NCBI GenBank assembly: GCA_965279035.1
Contig: OZ257142.1
Coordinates: 480,001-544,000 of the forward strand
From: Bacteroidia bacterium
GTDB lineage: Bacteria > Bacteroidota > Bacteroidia > M30B66
Length of the DNA stretch: 64,000 bases
Reading direction: 5' to 3'
The first letter of the stretch is position 1, and every line of letters starts with the position of its first letter. Shown here one piece after another: positions 58,630-64,000 of this stretch. The position numbers were made by a program, and so were the translations under genes. A model generated the notes under the pieces. It searched no databases. It had not been told where the DNA came from and saw nothing but the letters and a program-made list of their open reading frames with translations.

Positions 58630-59742
58630 TCAAGCCGCGAATGCCGGGCTGGCCATTGAGGGCTGTTCTTCTTGTCCGAATTTTCGCATGGTCCGGTAAT
58701 GACTAGCAATAGCGCCTATCATGGTTGGCATGTTGTAATACGGAACTCCATATTCTTTGCAAACCTTCTGAACGATTGGGCTTAGAGCAGGATAATGAAC
58801 ATGACTAACTTTAGGGAATAGGTGATGTTCAACTTGGAAATTCAATCCACCCACATACCAGTTTACAATTTTGTTTTCAGTAGCAAAATTGGCCGTAGTT
58901 CGCATTTGATGAACAGCCCATGAATCTTCAATGGTCAATCGAACATCATCATTTTGGTTAGCATCAACAAATTCGGTTATCTCAACAACATGAGCTAATT
59001 GAAACACCAATGAAAGTGTAAATCCAACTACAGCACTCATAAACAAGTACCCAATGATATAATGTGAAAACCCAACCATCATAATTGGAAGAGCGATATA
59101 GAAAATCACATATAACACCTTTGACACCCAAAACAAAATGTGCTCTTGCATTGGAATCTTATTGATGGGAGTTGTGTGGATGCTGCGTTTAAAATACTTA
59201 TCAAAATCTGTGTACAAAGCCCATAGAATATAGGATATTCCATAGAAGAAGAACATATACAAATGTTGATATCGATGCAGTGGTTTGTAGGCTTGAGAGT
59301 AACAATGGCGTAACACAGGCGACTTCGCTATATCATCATCCATCCCGTCAATATTAGTATAGGTATGATGAACAATGTTGTGCTTGATTTTCCAAATAAA
59401 AGCATTTGCACCGAGAGCATTCATGGTTAAACCCATGATGTAGTTGATTCGCTTACTTTCGGAGTAGCTTCCATGATTCGCATCGTGCATTACATTGAAA
59501 CCAATAGAGGCGATGCATAATCCCAAAACACCACAAATTAACAAGGCTACAATTGCAGGAAACTCAACTGTGAGCAATGAGATGTAACACGTAAGTGCAA
59601 GAGGAATTAGAATGAAACTTTTAAGATATAGTCGCCAATCACCGGTTTGCTTAAGATTATTCTGGGTGAAATAGTTCTTCACTTCCGCATTAAGAGCTTC
59701 AGAGAACGAATTGTTTTTGTTGTTGAAAACGACTTTTTTCAA
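58630..59742 (-). CDS. Membrane fatty acid desaturase (acyl-CoA/linoleoyl desaturase-like)
   Basis: Three His boxes (HDANH, HNIVHH, QVEHH) plus GGLNFQ; TTG start. Confidence 0.92.
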   Translation of the reverse strand: MKKVVFNNKNNSFSEALNAEVKNYFTQNNLKQTGDWRLYLKSFILIPLALTCYISLLTVEFPAIVALLICGVLGLCIASIGFNVMHDANHGSYSESKRINYIMGLTMNALGANAFIWKIKHNIVHHTYTNIDGMDDDIAKSPVLRHCYSQAYKPLHRYQHLYMFFFYGISYILWALYTDFDKYFKRSIHTTPINKIPMQEHILFWVSKVLYVIFYIALPIMMVGFSHYIIGYLFMSAVVGFTLSLVFQLAHVVEITEFVDANQNDDVRLTIEDSWAVHQMRTTANFATENKIVNWYVGGLNFQVEHHLFPKVSHVHYPALSPIVQKVCKEYGVPYYNMPTMIGAIASHYRTMRKFGQEEQPSMASPAFAA

Positions 59743-59837
59743 TTGATCGAGGTAAATTTTTGTTAAATATAGGGGATTAAAAGCGTATCCCGTTTTAAAT
59801 GTTTTGAATGCTGGAAGTTAAAATGGAAACACTTGCC

Positions 59838-60812
59838 TTAAAGAGCCATGATATCGGCGATTTCAAGGATGGTTTCATTTACGTCGATGTTATGTTTTAC
59901 GGCTTGTTCAAGAGGAATAAAATTCACTTTGCCAGCTACCTGACCAACCATCACTTTATTTCTACCTTCTAATAAACCACAAACAGATTCAAATCCTAAA
60001 CGTGTTGCTAAAACACGATCCATACAGGTTGGATTTCCACCGCGTTGAATATGTCCTAAAATACAGACCTTGGTTTCGAGCTTATCGAATTTTTGTTTTA
60101 CGATATCGGCAATTTTAAAGGCTCCACCAGCATCATCGCCTTCGGCTACAATTATAACGTGCCCTGATTTTTGACGCTTCCAACCGCGTTCTAATTGAGC
60201 AATTAATTTATCGATATGTGTCTTCGTTTCGGGAATCAAAATCGCTTCTGCTCCGCATGCAATACCACTTCGAAGTGCTATTAATCCAGCATCACGTCCC
60301 ATCACTTCAACAAAGAACAATCGGTTGTGAGAGCTGGCAGTATCACGAATATTATCAACCGCCTCAACAACTGTATTAATTGCTGTATCGTATCCAATGG
60401 TGAAATCAGTTCCAAACAAATCATTATCGATGGTTCCGGGAATTCCAACAACTCGAATCTCAGGATATTCTGTTGCTAAGATATCGGCACCTTGAAAAGA
60501 ACCATCTCCCCCAATCACTACTAATCCTTCGATGCCTCTTTCACGAATGTTTTTCATTGCTTCGGCACGTCCTTCTGGTGTTCTGAATCGGGCGCTTCGA
60601 GCAGTCTTTAAAATGGTTCCTCCCTTTTGGATGATATTTCCAACGGAAGTCGAATCCATAGTTCTGAAATCACCTTGAATAAGTCCTTCATAACCAGCAA
60701 TTACGCCCGTAACTTTCAAACCTTTAAACATCGCGGTACGCACAACAGCACGTATACACGCATTCATTCCGGGAGCATCACCACCGGAAGTTAAAACAGC
60801 AATGTGTTTCAT
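59838..60812 (-). CDS. pfkA: ATP-dependent 6-phosphofructokinase
   Basis: TSGGDAPGMNA, IGGDGS, PGTIDND, EVMGR and LGHIQRGG motifs. Confidence 0.97.
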   Translation of the reverse strand: MKHIAVLTSGGDAPGMNACIRAVVRTAMFKGLKVTGVIAGYEGLIQGDFRTMDSTSVGNIIQKGGTILKTARSARFRTPEGRAEAMKNIRERGIEGLVVIGGDGSFQGADILATEYPEIRVVGIPGTIDNDLFGTDFTIGYDTAINTVVEAVDNIRDTASSHNRLFFVEVMGRDAGLIALRSGIACGAEAILIPETKTHIDKLIAQLERGWKRQKSGHVIIVAEGDDAGGAFKIADIVKQKFDKLETKVCILGHIQRGGNPTCMDRVLATRLGFESVCGLLEGRNKVMVGQVAGKVNFIPLEQAVKHNIDVNETILEIADIMAL

Positions 60813-60832
60813 TGTTAAGTGTTAATATGACA

Positions 60833-60840
60833 CAAAGATA
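60833..60840 (-). promoter_or_regulatory. -7 promoter element TATCTTTG for pfkA
   Basis: Exact TAnnTTTG match 20 nt upstream of the ATG. Confidence 0.65.
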
Positions 60841-60874
60841 TTGAATTCTAGTTTACCTTTCTGTTCGATTGGAA

Positions 60875-62353
60875 TCAAGGAATGTATTCCATCGCACCAC
60901 AATCGGGAGCAACATCTCCTAGACGGTTGTTTCCTAGTAAATCGCTTGGAATAGCAGGAGTTTCATTGACTATTGCAACACTTCCTTTATCACGAGCAGA
61001 CGAACTTTCATTCAATCGATAGTCTTGTCCCTGATTATCTTTAAAGGAAGGATCTTGATTCAACACCATATTGCTAAAATGATTCGAGTCGCCGGGATCG
61101 ATGTCTTCATTCGCAATCTTCAAAACGGTGTTTTCAAATTTCCAGTTAAATGCTGCTCCGGCATCACTGTCAATATCTAATTCATTGTCGTTTTGCAAAT
61201 TCCCATATACAATACCGTTGCTGAATTTAAAATCCATATCTGCAACGAAAGTTGTGTTTTGAACTACTTGATAATTACTTAGAAAAACGGCCGTTTCGGT
61301 TCGAACTGATTCTCCCCAATAATTTGCAACAGTAGTGTGTCTAAATCGATACACTCCTCCATTAATCAAGGCTAATGCATACGAGCCGCAATTGGAAATG
61401 ACATTGTTGTAAGCATTGATGTTGTAATGAACGCCATAAACACCATAGGCTTTCATGTTTTTTATTCGGCAATTTGTGAGCGTTAATTGACTGTTCAATC
61501 CAGTTCCAAATTGAAAAACATCTTCCGCTTGAATACCAATATTGCCATTTTTGATCACCGCATAATTGATCAAATTTCCCGTACTACCCTGATTAATCCA
61601 AATACGATCCCATTGCCCAGGAGTGTTTTTATATGCATCTTCATTTCGAACACCTTGAAAAACCACGGAATCTTGAAGAGTTCCATTGACAATCAATCGC
61701 CCTTGTTTATAAACCCAAATGCCCGAATTGTTGTACAAATAAACTTGCGTACCAGCTTCAATAGTTAAGGTACATGCCGAATCAACAGCAAGATAACCAA
61801 TGATCACTTTTGGACGATTATTGGTCCAAGTCGTATCGCAACCTACAACCGAGTATGCAGGAAATCCATTGGTTGGATGAACCTTCGGTCGGAAGAAATC
61901 AGCATTGCGACCATAGGCCATCAATTTTACATTTTGAAGATTGCCATTCGTTTCAAACAGCACACTATCCATTACCACAAAGGGATTTAGATCGTTGTTG
62001 GGATCAATGGTCACTTCTGCAAAAACGAAAATACTGTCCTTGCCATCAATTTCGATATCACTTGCATTCAAAGTAGCTTGTCCATCGATATTTAATCGAA
62101 ATGGAGAATTACTTCCTCCAGCCAAACGAATGTTGGAGATTTTGATTTTAGAATCGCTTGGGTTATATACTCGGAATCGTTTCGTAACCGAGCCCATTGT
62201 TACAAAAACGGTATCAAAATAAACGGTATCGGTTGAGAATGCTAGCTTAGAGGAAGTATTGGTGTCGAGAACATCTTTTTTGCAACTGTTAAAGAATAAC
62301 AATCCAGAAAGGATGCATAAAATGACAAATGGAAGGAGGTTTTTTAATTTCAT
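60875..62353 (-). CDS. Lipoprotein with Ig-like domain and right-handed beta-helix repeats
   Basis: Lipobox FFNS-C-KKD, FSTDTVYFDTVF motif, Asn-rich beta-helix repeats and C-terminal PDCGAMEY (choice-of-anchor Q-like). Confidence 0.7.
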   Translation of the reverse strand: MKLKNLLPFVILCILSGLLFFNSCKKDVLDTNTSSKLAFSTDTVYFDTVFVTMGSVTKRFRVYNPSDSKIKISNIRLAGGSNSPFRLNIDGQATLNASDIEIDGKDSIFVFAEVTIDPNNDLNPFVVMDSVLFETNGNLQNVKLMAYGRNADFFRPKVHPTNGFPAYSVVGCDTTWTNNRPKVIIGYLAVDSACTLTIEAGTQVYLYNNSGIWVYKQGRLIVNGTLQDSVVFQGVRNEDAYKNTPGQWDRIWINQGSTGNLINYAVIKNGNIGIQAEDVFQFGTGLNSQLTLTNCRIKNMKAYGVYGVHYNINAYNNVISNCGSYALALINGGVYRFRHTTVANYWGESVRTETAVFLSNYQVVQNTTFVADMDFKFSNGIVYGNLQNDNELDIDSDAGAAFNWKFENTVLKIANEDIDPGDSNHFSNMVLNQDPSFKDNQGQDYRLNESSSARDKGSVAIVNETPAIPSDLLGNNRLGDVAPDCGAMEYIP

Positions 62354-62403
62354 GGGCTTCGCCAGAACGCCAAAGGTAAACGATTATTTTTCGGAGCTCT
62401 CAA

Positions 62404-62748
62404 TCAGCTTGGCTTCTTATCAAATGGAAATTTGAGTCTTAATCGTTCAACGGGTTTTCCGCCTTCGATATGTTCATCAACAATTTCCTGAACATCACTC
62501 AATTGAACGTTTCCATAAAAAACACCTTCGGGATAAACCACCACTGTTGGTCCCAATTCGCATAAATCGAGGCAACCTGCTTTTTGAGCACGAATCGGAA
62601 TGCTTAATTTTTTATCGTTGATTGCTTTTTTAAATGCTGCAACCAAAGCAATTCCATGTTGTTCGCCACAACTTGGTCTTGGCGCTCCTTCGGGTCGTTG
62701 GTTGGTGCAGATGAAAAGATGCTTTTGGTATTTGAGTATTTCGGACAT
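62404..62748 (-). CDS. Thioredoxin-like [2Fe-2S] ferredoxin
   Basis: HLFICTNQR...SC...GCLDLCELGPTVVVYPEGVFY motif. Confidence 0.9.
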   Translation of the reverse strand: MSEILKYQKHLFICTNQRPEGAPRPSCGEQHGIALVAAFKKAINDKKLSIPIRAQKAGCLDLCELGPTVVVYPEGVFYGNVQLSDVQEIVDEHIEGGKPVERLRLKFPFDKKPS

Positions 62749-62871
62749 GCCGCAAATGTCGGAACAATTTTAAGAAATTGATTTAGGTTAGATGATGAAA
62801 ACAGTTCTCCTCACAGGTGTGTCACCAGATGAATTGATTCACACATACTTTCGAATTTGAATGAAAAATGG

Positions 62872-63999
62872 CTAGTTAAGAACAACAATTTTAACTGTTA
62901 ATGAAATTTCATTCTCTTGATGAATTCGAATAAAGTAGATACCTTCTATAAGATTTTCACGATCTATTGAAAGTGATTTCCCATTCACATGATTGATTTC
63001 TCTCATTATTTTACCATGTATATCATACAGTTTAATACAAGCATCTTTTAGTTGATTCTCGAATTGTAGATTCGTTTGAATAGAAAAGGGATTAGGCGAA
63101 ATAGAAATAGAATTTGCATCTACAATTTCATTTATTCCAACTCCTGAACAACTAAACTCCCACCAATCACTGTAGTAATTTGAGAAATCGTCTCCGGTTC
63201 CCACATAAACATGTCCATTCGATTCGCATGCTATCATTAACCATCTCGTATTACCATCGAAATCTCCAATTTGAGACCAGGTGTCTATTGTACTATCATA
63301 TTTCCAAAAGTCAGAAAATGCAATGCTATTTATTTGACCCGTACCGAGATAACCAGAATCGCATAAAGTAAAACCAGAAAGATACGCTCTACCCAAACCG
63401 GGATAATTGGCTATAGCCGTCCACGAATTTGTTGGTTGATTGTAAGCATACATGTCGTTAAAACTGGTAGATCCAGACACTCCCATACCCGTAAATGCTT
63501 TATTACCAATAACGAATGCTGTATTTGTAATTCCAAATCGAGCATTTCCAATAAAATCAGCCTTGGCATTCCAGAAATCAACTTGAGGATCATATTCCCA
63601 CAATTCATTTGTATATGGTCCTGATGCAGTACCTAAATTACCGCAGCAGATATATCCCTTTTCATTCATACTAAACCCTGAAGCTCCATATCGCCCGTTA
63701 CTAGGTAAGCTTGCTTTTGCTGTCCATGTATTTGTTGATGGATTGTATTCAATGACATCATTTAATAAACCTATAGAGTTGATTCCACAGCATACATATC
63801 CTTTCCCATTTATTGAAAAAGAAGTAGCTAATCTCCTATTAATTGGATAATCAGCTTTTTGATTCCATGAATTTGTTGCTGGGTCGTATTCCCATAAATC
63901 ACCATAATCCATCGTTCCATCATTACCCATCCCCACATATATTTTTCCATTTATTGAAAATGAAATCGCTCCCCATCTTTCCCCTCCTGGGAATTCGGC
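62872..63999 (-). CDS. Kelch-repeat beta-propeller protein with T9SS type A CTD; 5' end beyond window
   Basis: Repeats of R....FSINGKGYV..G......D.WEYDP.TN.W...A and CTD ISPNPFS...EGIYFIRI. The frame stays open to the window edge (AEFPGGERWGAISFSINGKIYVGMG). Confidence 0.88.
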   Translation of the reverse strand, partial: AEFPGGERWGAISFSINGKIYVGMGNDGTMDYGDLWEYDPATNSWNQKADYPINRRLATSFSINGKGYVCCGINSIGLLNDVIEYNPSTNTWTAKASLPSNGRYGASGFSMNEKGYICCGNLGTASGPYTNELWEYDPQVDFWNAKADFIGNARFGITNTAFVIGNKAFTGMGVSGSTSFNDMYAYNQPTNSWTAIANYPGLGRAYLSGFTLCDSGYLGTGQINSIAFSDFWKYDSTIDTWSQIGDFDGNTRWLMIACESNGHVYVGTGDDFSNYYSDWWEFSCSGVGINEIVDANSISISPNPFSIQTNLQFENQLKDACIKLYDIHGKIMREINHVNGKSLSIDRENLIEGIYFIRIHQENEISLTVKIVVLN

Positions 64000-64000
64000 T

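Noticed and set aside
59734-59742. 9-nt complementarity between the candidate sRNA (UUUUUUCAA) and the desaturase TTG start region
   Set aside because: A low-complexity 9-mer is expected by chance in an AT-rich genome and is not evidence of targeting without a genome-wide prediction.
414-63624. Numerous 60-160 aa ORFs antisense or out of frame within long genes
   Set aside because: They are shadow ORFs inside well-supported housekeeping genes, with no motifs or independent expression signals.

Overview
This is a gene-dense 64 kb chromosomal window from an aerobic Bacteroidota genome, judged from T9SS cargo proteins, porZ, TAnnTTTG promoters and the lack of Shine-Dalgarno motifs. It is mostly housekeeping: an rprXY-like two-component pair, a complete nuoA-N complex I operon, ileS-dksA-lspA, asd, recO-porZ, cystathionine beta-synthase, hutU, queA-ispD-purD, pfkA, a desaturase and several T9SS-secreted proteins. 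No rRNA, tRNA, CRISPR array, transposase or integrase was recognised. The most interesting signal is an ECF sigma module (lipoprotein, ECF sigma, membrane-to-beta-barrel anti-sigma). Its candidate promoter ATGCAAC-N17-CGTC occurs twice: once before the operon and once right after it. The second copy precedes a ~98-nt non-coding unit with a 5' hairpin, a pyrimidine-rich single-stranded stretch and an intrinsic terminator, which makes it a candidate ECF-dependent small RNA. Other leads are a lipoprotein truncated hemoglobin with an atypical distal pocket and an HMA-fold/CP-motif partner, and an AAA+/DUF4143 gene with a perfect 18-bp inverted repeat over its promoter and a Flavo-1-like RNA downstream. 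The window also shows frequent apparently leaderless genes and a GIHH-motif IleRS2. All family assignments come from recognising motifs by eye; no searches were run.
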